DNA of 64,000 nucleotides from an uncultured Planctomycetales bacterium (GTDB lineage: Bacteria; Omnitrophota; Gorgyraeia; Zapsychrales; JANLHA01), in assembly GCA_964595465.1 (NCBI GenBank), contig CAZQQI010000002.1, forward strand, positions 66,078-130,077, read 5' to 3'. The position numbers were made by a program, and so were the translations under genes. Under the pieces are notes generated by a model. That model worked only from the letters and a program-made list of their open reading frames with translations, was not told the DNA's origin and searched no databases. Numbering within the stretch: the stretch's first letter is position 1; each line of letters starts with the position of its first letter. Shown piece after piece: positions 9,825 to 19,869 of the stretch.

Positions 9825-12338
9825 ATGAAAAAAATACTGGATTGGGTTTTCAAGCATCCCAAAACCGTTATGGGGTGTGTCGCTTTTGCCGCCTTTCTGG
9901 CAGCCACGCAATTTCCCCGGATCAAAGTCGACACCGACCCGGAGAATATGCTTCCCCATGACGCCCCGGTCCGTGTCTTCCATCGTGACGTTAAGAAAGA
10001 GTTCGGGATCTATGACATGATCGTTCTGGGGGTTGTCCGCGAGGATCATCCTCAAGGGGTTTTCAATCCGGAAAGTCTTGCCCGGATTTATTCGATCGTA
10101 CAGGAGACCAAAAAGATTTCCGGTGTGATCAAGAGCGAGATCGTTGCTCTTTCGACGAAAGACAATATCGAACAAGGGGGCATCGGGACGGTAAAGTTCA
10201 GTTGGCTTATGCCGGAACCTCCGGAAACTCAGGAGGAGGCCAATCGTATTCTCCGTGAAGCTCAGGACCATCCTATGTTCGCCGGCAGTTCTGTTTCAAC
10301 CAGCGGCAAAGCCCTGGCGGTCTACGTGCCGATCGAAAAGAAAGATCTCAGTTATGAAGTGGCTGAGGAGATCCGTGCTCTTTTGAAAGAGCACGCCGGT
10401 CCGGAAGAATTTTATATTACCGGCTTGCCTGTGGCGAATGATCAGTTCGGTGTAGAAATGTTCAAACAGATGGCTATCTCGGCTCCTTTGGCCGGTCTGA
10501 TCATTTTTTTGCTGATGTGGTGGTTTTTTAAGTCGTTTTCTTTGGTGATCGCGCCAATGCTTATGGCGGTGGCCACGGTTTTGATCACTATGGGGCTGCT
10601 GATCGGTTTCGGTTTTCCGGTGCACATTATGAGTTCTATGATCCCGATCTTCCTGATGCCCATCGCTGTGCTGGATTCTGTGCATATCCTGAGTGAGTTT
10701 TTTGACCAGTATCAGAACTTCGGCAGCCGGAAAGAGGCCCTGCATCATGTGATCAAAGATCTGTTCAGCCCCATGCTGTTTACGTCCATGACTTCCTTCG
10801 CTGGATTTTTTTCTCTATCTTTTTCTCCCATTCCGCCTGTTCAGGTTTTTGGTGTCTTTGTCGCGATTGGGATCGCTGTTGCCTGGCTGCTGACGATGGT
10901 CTTTATTCCTGCCTATATTATGCTGATGAATCCTAAGCGGTTTGAGGCATTCGGCCGTACCGCAGAGAAAGAGGAGCATCACGGGATCATGGACCGTTTT
11001 CTGCAGGGCATGAAATCTGCTGTCCTGAAATGGCCGGGCCGTATCGTGATCCTGGCGGCTCTGATCCTGATCATTTCTTTTTATGGAATTTCAAAAATTC
11101 AGGTTAATGATAACCCGATCCGCTGGTTTCGACGGGGGCATCCTATCCGTCTCGCTGACCGTGTTCTTAATAAACATTTTGCCGGAACGTATCAGGCTTA
11201 TTTTGTCATGGACGCGCGGAAAGAAGGCGAGGTATTCAAATCACCCGACATGCTGCGGTATATGGAGCGTCTGCAGGAACATATGGTGTCCAGAGAGGAT
11301 GTCGGAAAGATCATGTCTTTGACCGATATCGTTAAGAAGGTCTACGATGAGCTGATGGGCGGAGATAAGACGTATGACAGGATCCCTGATACCCGTCAGG
11401 CGGTAGCGCAGACCCTCATTTCCTTTCAAAATTCTCATCAGCCCGATGATCTCTGGAAGTTAGTGACACCGCAGTATGATAAGGCTGTGCTGTGGGTGCA
11501 GCTGAAAAGCGGTGATAATCAGGATATGAGCAGGGTTGTCCGTCAGTTTGAAGAGTATATGGTTGAAAATCCTCCTCCGGTTGAGGTGGATACCGGATGG
11601 GCCGGGTTGAACTATATTAATGTCGTCTGGCAGAATAATATGGTCGGAGGGATGCTCAAAAACTTTCTGGGCAGCTATATTATTGTGCTGTTTATGATGC
11701 TGTTCCTGTTTCGGTCTCCTTTGAAAGCCCTGATATCCATGATCCCCTTGACGATCACCATTCTCTTTATTTATAGTCTGCTGGGATTTATCGGCAAAGA
11801 CTACGATATGCCGGTGGCGGTTCTGTCCGCGCTGACCCTGGGGCTGTCCATCGATTTTGCCATCCACTTTATTAAACGTTCGATCGAGATCCATCGCACA
11901 GCCGGAAACTGGCTGTCGACCGCTGACATCATGTTCGCTGAGCCCGGACGCGCTATTCTGCGGAACGCGATCGTTGTAGCGATCGGTTTTTTGCCGCTTT
12001 TGCTGGCGCCGCTTATCCCTTACCGTACGGTCGGGTTCTTTATGTTTATGATCATGGCGGTATCGAGTGTGGCTACGCTGATATTGATTCCGGCGATCAT
12101 TATGCTCAAGCCGGCGGTCATGTTTGCCGAATTTAAACAGCGCATCCCCTGCCGCTGCGTCCATTGTGTTTTAACGGCAGTCTTTGTGGGGGCGGCTGTG
12201 GCCTATGTTCTGGAAGGGTATACCTTGACCGGGTGGCCGGTGATCGCCTATGTCTCTTTGGGTGTGATCGCACTGCTGGCTGGTTTGTGTTACGCAGCAT
12301 CGAAAAATAAGATTTGCTATAATAACGAGGAGGCGTAA
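9825..12338 (+). CDS. RND-superfamily MMPL-type transporter (HpnN-like lipid exporter)
   Basis: 837 aa. Two 6-TM bundles, each preceded by a large periplasmic loop. MMPL-like topology. Confidence 0.75.
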   Translation: MKKILDWVFKHPKTVMGCVAFAAFLAATQFPRIKVDTDPENMLPHDAPVRVFHRDVKKEFGIYDMIVLGVVREDHPQGVFNPESLARIYSIVQETKKISGVIKSEIVALSTKDNIEQGGIGTVKFSWLMPEPPETQEEANRILREAQDHPMFAGSSVSTSGKALAVYVPIEKKDLSYEVAEEIRALLKEHAGPEEFYITGLPVANDQFGVEMFKQMAISAPLAGLIIFLLMWWFFKSFSLVIAPMLMAVATVLITMGLLIGFGFPVHIMSSMIPIFLMPIAVLDSVHILSEFFDQYQNFGSRKEALHHVIKDLFSPMLFTSMTSFAGFFSLSFSPIPPVQVFGVFVAIGIAVAWLLTMVFIPAYIMLMNPKRFEAFGRTAEKEEHHGIMDRFLQGMKSAVLKWPGRIVILAALILIISFYGISKIQVNDNPIRWFRRGHPIRLADRVLNKHFAGTYQAYFVMDARKEGEVFKSPDMLRYMERLQEHMVSREDVGKIMSLTDIVKKVYDELMGGDKTYDRIPDTRQAVAQTLISFQNSHQPDDLWKLVTPQYDKAVLWVQLKSGDNQDMSRVVRQFEEYMVENPPPVEVDTGWAGLNYINVVWQNNMVGGMLKNFLGSYIIVLFMMLFLFRSPLKALISMIPLTITILFIYSLLGFIGKDYDMPVAVLSALTLGLSIDFAIHFIKRSIEIHRTAGNWLSTADIMFAEPGRAILRNAIVVAIGFLPLLLAPLIPYRTVGFFMFMIMAVSSVATLILIPAIIMLKPAVMFAEFKQRIPCRCVHCVLTAVFVGAAVAYVLEGYTLTGWPVIAYVSLGVIALLAGLCYAASKNKICYNNEEA

Positions 12339-12340
12339 TT

Positions 12341-13138
12341 ATGAAAAGAGTATTGCTGTTATTAGCTGTTATTTTTGCGGCGGGTCTGATTCCGTCAGCT
12401 CCGGCGCGGTCTGCAGATATGGACGTCCAAACGATTGTTGAAAAGGCCAATGTGACCGCTTACTATCAAGGAGACGACGGCCTTTCGGATGCCCGGATGA
12501 CCATAACGGATTCTCAGGGACGGGAGCGGATCCGGGAGTTCCGTATCATGCGTTTGGATATCAGTGATGGGGGAAAGCAGAAATATTATGTGTACTTCCG
12601 CAAGCCTCCGGACGTTGCTGAAATGGTTTATATGGTTTGGAAGCAGTTGGGGCAGGATGATGACCGTTGGCTGTACCTGCCCGGGCTTGATCTGGTACGC
12701 AGGATCGCGGCCAGCGATAAACGTTCGAGTTTTGTGGGATCCCATTTTGTTTATGAAGACGTCTCCGGACGTTCCCTGGACCTGGATACGCACACTCTGG
12801 AATCCGAGACCGACAGCCGGTATGTGATCAAAAATGTTCCTAAGGATAAGGCCAACGTGGAATTTGCGCATTATCTGGTCTCTATCGATAAGGAGACCTT
12901 TTTGCCGATGAAGGCGGAATATTTTGATGAGTCTGGAGAAAAATACCGCGAGATGGAAGTTCTTGAGATGGATACGATTGACGGCTATCCCACAGCGACA
13001 AAGTCTGTGATCCGCAATTTGGCTGACGGAGGCCGGACGGTCATGGATTTTTCCAATATTAAATATGATGTCGGCCTTGATGAAAGCATTTTCAGCGAAC
13101 GTTATCTGCGGCGCCCGCCGACGCAGTGGATACGATGA
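12341..13138 (+). CDS. LolA-like outer-membrane lipoprotein-sorting protein (partner of the MMPL transporter)
   Basis: Signal peptide, 265 aa. Start is 3 nt after the MMPL stop. Size and context match the 'outer membrane lipoprotein-sorting protein' that habitually follows MMPL genes. Confidence 0.5.
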   Translation: MKRVLLLLAVIFAAGLIPSAPARSADMDVQTIVEKANVTAYYQGDDGLSDARMTITDSQGRERIREFRIMRLDISDGGKQKYYVYFRKPPDVAEMVYMVWKQLGQDDDRWLYLPGLDLVRRIAASDKRSSFVGSHFVYEDVSGRSLDLDTHTLESETDSRYVIKNVPKDKANVEFAHYLVSIDKETFLPMKAEYFDESGEKYREMEVLEMDTIDGYPTATKSVIRNLADGGRTVMDFSNIKYDVGLDESIFSERYLRRPPTQWIR

Positions 13139-13175
13139 AATAACAATATTCCAGACATAGTTTTAGAGGAAAAGT

Positions 13176-14456
13176 ATGGGCAGGCGCATTCTAATTTGTA
13201 TTTTTGCTGCGGCACTTATGGTCATCTGGCCTCAAGACGTTCGAGCCGGGTGGAAGTCCCTGCGCGGATTCGGCGAATTTGCTTATGGACAGCGTTTCCA
13301 TGATTCTTTAACCAAGCGTGAAGAATTCACTATGCTGGAGACGCGCCTTCAGCTGGAGACAGGTTACTACTTTGACGGGGAAAGTTATCTGGCTGAAAAG
13401 CGGGGAGTCTTTAATGTCCGGGGAGACCTGCTGTACGATTTTTATTTTTCAGAAACAGCCGTTGATATGCGGGAGCTGGCCCTTGAGTTTACCCCCTGGT
13501 CATTTATGGATGTTAAGGTCGGGCGTCAGATCCTGACCTGGGGCACCGGCGATTATCTCTTCGTGAATGATCTGTTCCCAAAGGATTATGTAAGTTTTTT
13601 CATCGGCCGGGATGATGAATATCTGAAAGAACCTTCCAACGCGGTCAAGGCCTCCATGTTCTTCGACGCGGCCAATGTCGACCTGGTGGCTATCCCGGAT
13701 TTTGAACCGAATGCTATGCCCGAGGGGGACCGTCTTTCGTTTTTTGACAGCTTTCAAAACGGTATTGCCGGAAGGGAATCAGACCGTAGTATCATTGAAC
13801 CGGCGCGACAGTTCTCCAACACCGAATATGCTGCCAGGATCTACCGTACGATTGACAGTCATGAATACGCGCTGTATTATTTCCGGGGTTTCAGCAAGGC
13901 TCCCCGTAGTTACAAAGACCAGGCCGCGCGCGAACTGAAATACCGCCGTATCGATGCCTACGGCGCCAGTGTGCGGGGGGCGTTTGCCGGAGGGATCGGC
14001 AACCTGGAGGCGGGGTATTATTATTCCCGTGAAGATCCTGACGGCACCAATCGTTTGATCGAAAATTCGCTGGCTAAGTATCTTGCCGGATACACCAAAG
14101 ACCTGGGCAATGACCTGCAGGTCGGATTCCAGTATCTTTTTGAGCAGCGCCTGGATTATTCTGAATATATCAGTAATCTCCTGCCGGAAGATTATTATTG
14201 GGATGAATACCGCCATGTGGTAACCAACCGCATCACCAAACAGTTCAACCGGCAGACAGTGACCTTGAACGTGTTCACCTTCTTTTCCCCATCCGATCGA
14301 GACGGATATTTCCGCCCGACCCTGGCCTATGATGTCACGGATAACTGGAAGGTTACGGTGGGTGCCAGTATTTTTTGGGGGCCGGATGATCAGACCGAAT
14401 TCGCCCAGATGAAGCGCAATAAAAACGTCTTTTTCCGTGTCCGGTATTCTTTTTAA
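13176..14456 (+). CDS. Outer-membrane beta-barrel protein (DUF1302-like partner of MMPL/LolA-like modules)
   Basis: Signal peptide. Alternating aromatic/hydrophilic pattern. C-terminus '...VFFRVRYSF' ends in Phe, as in OMP barrels. Confidence 0.5.
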   Translation: MGRRILICIFAAALMVIWPQDVRAGWKSLRGFGEFAYGQRFHDSLTKREEFTMLETRLQLETGYYFDGESYLAEKRGVFNVRGDLLYDFYFSETAVDMRELALEFTPWSFMDVKVGRQILTWGTGDYLFVNDLFPKDYVSFFIGRDDEYLKEPSNAVKASMFFDAANVDLVAIPDFEPNAMPEGDRLSFFDSFQNGIAGRESDRSIIEPARQFSNTEYAARIYRTIDSHEYALYYFRGFSKAPRSYKDQAARELKYRRIDAYGASVRGAFAGGIGNLEAGYYYSREDPDGTNRLIENSLAKYLAGYTKDLGNDLQVGFQYLFEQRLDYSEYISNLLPEDYYWDEYRHVVTNRITKQFNRQTVTLNVFTFFSPSDRDGYFRPTLAYDVTDNWKVTVGASIFWGPDDQTEFAQMKRNKNVFFRVRYSF

Positions 14457-14536
14457 GCCATGTTCTTAACCATCGTCCTGCGAAGATAACTCTATTCGAG
14501 GGTTTTTTCCGCAGAACGCGCCGCGACTCAAAAAAT

Positions 14537-16330
14537 ATGATCTGCAACCTTAAAACCCTTTCCGGTCTGCGCAACGGGGTGTTTCTCGATACGGCGCGGC
14601 CGGGTGCGGACGAACGGCAATCGTTCCTCTTTGCCGACCCGCGCCGCGTGATACGGGCCGATACCCTTAATGAAGTTGATGGCGCTTTGAGTGAGATCGA
14701 CCGGGCCGCAAAGCGTTACTGGCTGGCCGGCTGGATCAGTTATGAGGCGGGATCAGCATGGATCGGCGCCGGGAAAAAGCCGGCGTCAAAATTGGAACGT
14801 CCTTTGATCTGGATGGGGGTATATGACCAGCCGCAGGTGGTCGATCATTTTGATCCTTCCGGGCTGTATGTACCGGCTATTGATCTTGATCATAAAATGA
14901 CCTTTGCCGAGTATGCGCGGAATATCGATCACATTAAGTGTTATTTAGCTGAAGGGCAAAGTTATCAGGTAAACTACACCTATGATGTTGATGTCCGTGC
15001 GGAATGTTCGCCCCCTTTTTTGTACGCCGCTTTACGTCAATCCCAGCCGACCCCGTTCTCGGCGTTTATTCAGACCGATGAACTTGCTGTCCTGTCATTT
15101 TCCCCGGAACTTTTTTTCCGCCGGCGCGAGGCCGGCATAGAGGTTAAGCCGATGAAAGGCACAGCGCCGTTTAGCGGAAAACCAGCTGCGGATAAAAAAC
15201 GTGAGAACGCTCTGCGCTCCGATCCCAAAACCCGTGCTGAAAATCTGATGATCGTCGATCTGCTGCGTAATGACCTGGGGAAAATCGCGCGGCCGGGAGG
15301 TGTCCATGTGCGATCGCTATTTGATATTGAACAGCACCCCACCCTTTTGCAAATGACCTCTGCGGTGACCGCGCAAATTGACGAGCCGATCTCTTACCGT
15401 GAAATTTTTCATGCCCTTTTTCCCAGCGGCTCTGTTACCGGAGCGCCGAAACAGAGAACGATGCAGATTATTGCCGGCCTTGAACAGGGCGTACGGGGTG
15501 TGTATTGCGGGGCGATAGGATATATTTCGCCCAAACGGAAGGCTGTCTTTAATGTTCCGATCCGCACGCTGCAGCAGGGGAAAGGGGAACTGTGCTGGCA
15601 ATATCGTGTCGGCGGCGGCATTGTCTGGGATTCGACCGCGGAAGGAGAATGGCAGGAATGCCGTACGAAAACCGCTTTTTTAACATCCGGTGCCGTTCCG
15701 GAATTTGAACTGATCGAAACGGTTCTCTGGAACGGTAAGGACTTGGATTTTGCAGAAGACCATATACGGCGGATGACGGCTTCGGCCAGAGTCTTCCAAT
15801 GGCCGCTCAAAAGGGAAATCATCAGTCTGGAATTTCAAAAGGCCGCTGATCAGCTGAATGAGCGGCGGCCCTGTGTGGTCCGTTTTTTAGTTGACGCATC
15901 CGGGACGATACGGCATGAGATCCTGTCATTGCAGCTTAAAAAGGGTTCGGCCGGGCGCGATGTTTCCTTATCCGGCGTCCCCCTGGATTCTGAAAATCTG
16001 TTTTTACAGCATAAGACAAGCTATCGTCCCTGGTATAGTGAGGCTTATCAGAAAATATCAGCAGACGATGATCTTTTTGATGTGCTTTTTTTCAATCAGC
16101 GGAATCAGTTATGCGAGGGCGCCCGGAGTAATGTCTTTGTCCGCCTCAGCGGGAAGATCTATACGCCTCCGCGGACCTGCGGCCTTTTGCCGGGGATACT
16201 TCGCTCCCGGATGTTGAAACAGGGAAAATGCCGTGAACGGATCCTGACCCGTGATGACCTTTTGCTGGCTGATGAGGTGTTTTGCGGTAATTCGGTCCGC
16301 GGTCTGCTTCCCGTCAGGATCCGGAAATAA
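14537..16330 (+). CDS. pabB: Bifunctional aminodeoxychorismate synthase component I (PabB) fused to an aminotransferase class IV / ADC lyase (PabC) domain
   Basis: Chorismate-binding motifs ('LLRNDLGKIARPGGVHV', 'SVTGAPKQRTMQII', 'RGVYCGAIGY'). C-terminal ADC-lyase-like region ('LCEGARSNVFV...GLLPGILR'). Confidence 0.75.
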   Translation: MICNLKTLSGLRNGVFLDTARPGADERQSFLFADPRRVIRADTLNEVDGALSEIDRAAKRYWLAGWISYEAGSAWIGAGKKPASKLERPLIWMGVYDQPQVVDHFDPSGLYVPAIDLDHKMTFAEYARNIDHIKCYLAEGQSYQVNYTYDVDVRAECSPPFLYAALRQSQPTPFSAFIQTDELAVLSFSPELFFRRREAGIEVKPMKGTAPFSGKPAADKKRENALRSDPKTRAENLMIVDLLRNDLGKIARPGGVHVRSLFDIEQHPTLLQMTSAVTAQIDEPISYREIFHALFPSGSVTGAPKQRTMQIIAGLEQGVRGVYCGAIGYISPKRKAVFNVPIRTLQQGKGELCWQYRVGGGIVWDSTAEGEWQECRTKTAFLTSGAVPEFELIETVLWNGKDLDFAEDHIRRMTASARVFQWPLKREIISLEFQKAADQLNERRPCVVRFLVDASGTIRHEILSLQLKKGSAGRDVSLSGVPLDSENLFLQHKTSYRPWYSEAYQKISADDDLFDVLFFNQRNQLCEGARSNVFVRLSGKIYTPPRTCGLLPGILRSRMLKQGKCRERILTRDDLLLADEVFCGNSVRGLLPVRIRK

Positions 16331-16426
16331 AATCCTCTTTACAGCTGGATAAGGAAACAGTAAAATGCTTTTCATTTGATCGCAGTTACCTGCGATCTTT
16401 TTATTTAGAAAAGGAGTTGAAACATT

Positions 16427-18145
16427 ATGAAGCTGATGAATATCAGTTTATTTTTCATTATTGTCTTATTCGCGGCTCGCTCTGTCGCGGCTGGGGAAGT
16501 CGATCTTCCCCCGATCCGGGTCGTGGAGGTATCATCTGCTGGTGACAGCAATTTTTTGACGATCATGGCCGAGCCGGAATATGAATTGGAAGATCGATCA
16601 GCCGTTGATGTTCAGAAACGTGTTGCTCATGGTTATCTGCAGGATGTCTCGATCCTCGGAGGGATTTTTGAGGATACATCTGTTTTTCTGAATGGTGTGC
16701 CCCTTGACAATCCGCAGACCGGTCATTTCCATATGTCTCTGCCGGTCGTTTCACTTGATATCTCCCATGCACAGGCTGATCTGAATGCGCTTTCCATAGG
16801 ATATGATTTGCACGATCTCCGTCCCGGAGGAGTGATCCAGGCCGCGGCTGGTTCGGCCGGTTTGGCCCAGGGGGCCGTTTCCTGGACAGCAGAAGCCGGC
16901 GGAGCACTGCACCGTTTATCTGCCGAAGGCATGCGGACCGACGGCTTGCGGGACGATACAGACGGCCATAATCTGTCGGGCAGTTACACCTTTTCCCGCA
17001 GTAGCGCGGAACAGGATCTGCTGATCTATATGAGCATCGCGGAAAAACGGTTCGGTGCTAACGGTGCCTATGCCGCGCCGGTGTACGACAAGGAAGAAGA
17101 GCATCTGAAGCAGGAACTGATCACCGCAGACTGGCGTCTGGGCGATGAACAGCGCTGGCAGTGGCAGCCGTATATTCACCGAACCCAGGATACCTTCTGG
17201 CTGGACCGTGATAATAAATCGTTCTTCCGTAATGATCATGAAACCCTTGTCGCCGGAAATATTCTGACCGTGACGGATACGGATTCCGGCTGGTATGGAC
17301 GCTGGCAGCCTCAGAGGGAGCAGATCCGCTCAACCAATCTCGGAGAGCATCAGCGTCAGGAACAGCACATCGGCCTGGGTCAACAGAAGCAGAACTGGTC
17401 CGGCTGGAATATCGATTGGTATGTGGAAACGGTCTATTACGATCAATTTCCTTTGGAGGTCCGTCCTGAGCTTAAGCTCGGCTATCCGCTCACTCCCCGC
17501 TGGACATGGCAGACCCGGTATGACCGCACGTTCCGTAAGCCCTCTTTTACTGAGCTCCATTATGATTCCCCTTCCAACAAGGGGGATCCTGACCTGGTCC
17601 TGCAGAGCAGTGATAATGTACAAACCGGATTGCTATATCAGGACGCAGACATGAACGCTGGCGCAGATGTCTTTTGGCGTTATCAGCAGGATACGATCGA
17701 TTGGGGAAAAGACAGCGGTGGTGCCGTTTATCAGGCGTTTAATGCCGGGACACTGAACGCGCGGGGTTTTGATCTTCATGCCTCCAGGAGGATCGATCAT
17801 CCGTTTCTTTCCCAAATAGAGTTTTCCTACACCTATCTGAGTCTGGACCGTGAACCAAATCAATATGATATATCAAAATATCTCTTTGAATATTTTCGTC
17901 ATCGCCTGGTGACGGCGGTATCCGGGCAGCGGGGATTCTGGTCTTACCGCCTTAGCGCAGCCCTGGAAGATCATGTCAGTCTGGACAGCCGTATTCTGAT
18001 CGGCGCCAAGGCGGCATACCGTTTTTCGGCCCAGGGCGAATGGTTTATCGAGATGGATAATCTGCTTGATGCCGATTATCAGGAATACCGCGACATCAGC
18101 GGCAATCCCTTTGCGGTGAAAACCGGGGTTAGCTGGCGCTTCTGA
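16427..18145 (+). CDS. TonB-dependent-receptor-like outer-membrane protein (plug + barrel)
   Basis: Signal peptide. Plug-like 'LNGVPLDNPQTG...GYDLHDLRPGGVIQ'. C-terminal '...VKTGVSWRF' aromatic terminus. Confidence 0.45.
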   Translation: MKLMNISLFFIIVLFAARSVAAGEVDLPPIRVVEVSSAGDSNFLTIMAEPEYELEDRSAVDVQKRVAHGYLQDVSILGGIFEDTSVFLNGVPLDNPQTGHFHMSLPVVSLDISHAQADLNALSIGYDLHDLRPGGVIQAAAGSAGLAQGAVSWTAEAGGALHRLSAEGMRTDGLRDDTDGHNLSGSYTFSRSSAEQDLLIYMSIAEKRFGANGAYAAPVYDKEEEHLKQELITADWRLGDEQRWQWQPYIHRTQDTFWLDRDNKSFFRNDHETLVAGNILTVTDTDSGWYGRWQPQREQIRSTNLGEHQRQEQHIGLGQQKQNWSGWNIDWYVETVYYDQFPLEVRPELKLGYPLTPRWTWQTRYDRTFRKPSFTELHYDSPSNKGDPDLVLQSSDNVQTGLLYQDADMNAGADVFWRYQQDTIDWGKDSGGAVYQAFNAGTLNARGFDLHASRRIDHPFLSQIEFSYTYLSLDREPNQYDISKYLFEYFRHRLVTAVSGQRGFWSYRLSAALEDHVSLDSRILIGAKAAYRFSAQGEWFIEMDNLLDADYQEYRDISGNPFAVKTGVSWRF

Positions 18146-18396
18146 GATGCCGTTGCGTTAAACGAAAGAGCCTGTTACGATAGCAGTCCCCAACAAATAT
18201 GATAAGAGAATGAAATGTCTCATTTATAAAATGTGCTGATAATGGTGGTCCTATTGTGTTTCTCCGGATCGTTCGTTCTGCCCCGGCGAGGCAGAACTTC
18301 ACGCGACGAAAATCCTCCGCTCTCATCACGATGACACGTGATGAACCGTGCCTGCTCCGGATTTCCGGCGTCCTTCACAACACAATATGACCCCGC

Positions 18397-19869
18397 GTGA
18401 TTGTCAGGATCATTCTCAGACAATACAAATGGAATGCGGTTATGACAGGTTCTGCTGAACAGCGAGCGTATTTGATCAAGGACGGCCGAACCGGACTGGG
18501 TCCTGTGGTCTACTGGATGAGCCGGGATCAGCGTGCCCGGGATAATTGGGCATTGATCCACGCACAGCAGCGGTCTCTGGAGCTCGAGCGGCCGCTGGTC
18601 GTGCTCTTTAATCTTGTTGAGGACTTTCTCGAGGCGGGTCTGCGGCAGTACACGTTCATGCTTGAAGGTCTGCAGGAAACCGCGGACGCTCTTGAACAGA
18701 AGCATATTGCGTTTCAGCTGCTGCGGGGAGATCCTCAGGAAACCGTGCCGCGTTTTGTTGAAGAACATGATGCCGCTCTGCTGATCACAGATTTTGATCC
18801 TCTGCGCGTTAAGAGGCAATGGCAAAATGGTGTTGCGGAACGCGTTGCTGTACCGGTCATCGAGGTCGATGCCCATAATATTATACCGGCCCGGCTGGTT
18901 TCTGATAAGCAGGAATACGCCGCCCGTACGATCCGTCCAAAGATCCAGCGCTGTCTTCCCGAATTTCTCAGGGATTTCCCAAAGATCCGCAAGCATCCTT
19001 ATCGTTTTCCACAACAGTCCGGCAGTCCTTTTTGCGCCCGCGCTGTACTGGATGACCTTAATGTCAAAACTCATCCGGCCCCGCTCGGGATCATCCCCGG
19101 AACACGCGCGGCCCGTTCATGCCTGGATTCCTTTATCCGTACCCGTTTAACCCGTTATGATAAAGAGAACAATGATCCGAACCAGGATGTTCTCTCGGGC
19201 CTTTCTCCTTATCTGCATTTCGGCCAGATCTCCGCACAGCGGGCGGCTTTAACTGTGCAGGGTGCGGATGCTCCCCAGAACCAAAAAGATGCGTTTCTGG
19301 AACAGCTGATCATCCGCCGTGAACTGGCGGACAATTTTTGTTTTTATAATCCGCATTACGATTCTGTCGACGGGTTTCCGGAATGGGCCCGCAAGACATT
19401 GCATCAACACCGCAATGATAAACGTGATGTCATTTATACTCTGGAACAGCTGGAGCAGGGAGAGACGCATGATGATCTGTGGAACGCGGCCCAGCTCCAG
19501 ATGGTCCTGACCGGAACCATGCACGGCTTTCTGCGTATGTACTGGGCCAAAAAGATCCTGGAATGGACACCTGACGCGGAAGAAGCTCTGCATGCCGCGA
19601 TTGTTCTTAATGATCGTTATGAATTGGATGGACGTGACCCCAATGGATACGCGGGGATCGCCTGGGCGATCGGCGGGGTCCATGATCACGGCTGGACAGA
19701 ACGGCGTGTTTTTGGCAAAATACGTTTTATGAACTATAATGGCTGCCGCCGAAAATTTGATGTCGATGCCTTTGTTCGGCATATCAATAAAGATGTTGGT
19801 GTTAATCAGGAAAGTAAGGGGGGCGATTCATGGATGAATTTATGCAGGCAGCGATCGCGCAGGCGCTGA
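18397..19869 (+). CDS. phr: Class II CPD deoxyribodipyrimidine photolyase
   Basis: 'VYWMSRDQRARDNWALIHAQ', 'LEQKHIAFQLLRGDP', FAD-binding 'WNAAQLQMVLTGTMHGFLRMYWAKKIL' match class II photolyases. The likely true start is the ATG at 18442 ('MTGSAEQ'). Confidence 0.8.
   Translation: MIVRIILRQYKWNAVMTGSAEQRAYLIKDGRTGLGPVVYWMSRDQRARDNWALIHAQQRSLELERPLVVLFNLVEDFLEAGLRQYTFMLEGLQETADALEQKHIAFQLLRGDPQETVPRFVEEHDAALLITDFDPLRVKRQWQNGVAERVAVPVIEVDAHNIIPARLVSDKQEYAARTIRPKIQRCLPEFLRDFPKIRKHPYRFPQQSGSPFCARAVLDDLNVKTHPAPLGIIPGTRAARSCLDSFIRTRLTRYDKENNDPNQDVLSGLSPYLHFGQISAQRAALTVQGADAPQNQKDAFLEQLIIRRELADNFCFYNPHYDSVDGFPEWARKTLHQHRNDKRDVIYTLEQLEQGETHDDLWNAAQLQMVLTGTMHGFLRMYWAKKILEWTPDAEEALHAAIVLNDRYELDGRDPNGYAGIAWAIGGVHDHGWTERRVFGKIRFMNYNGCRRKFDVDAFVRHINKDVGVNQESKGGDSWMNLCRQRSRRR

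Noticed and set aside
11460-12164. 234-aa His/Arg/Gln-rich minus-strand ORF
   Set aside because: Antisense to the MMPL transporter. Low-complexity translation typical of the wrong strand of a hydrophobic-protein gene.
18220-19074. 284-aa minus-strand ORF between the TonB-like gene and the photolyase
   Set aside because: Almost entirely antisense to the photolyase gene, which has unmistakable class II photolyase motifs. No RBS or domain signal. An antisense artefact.
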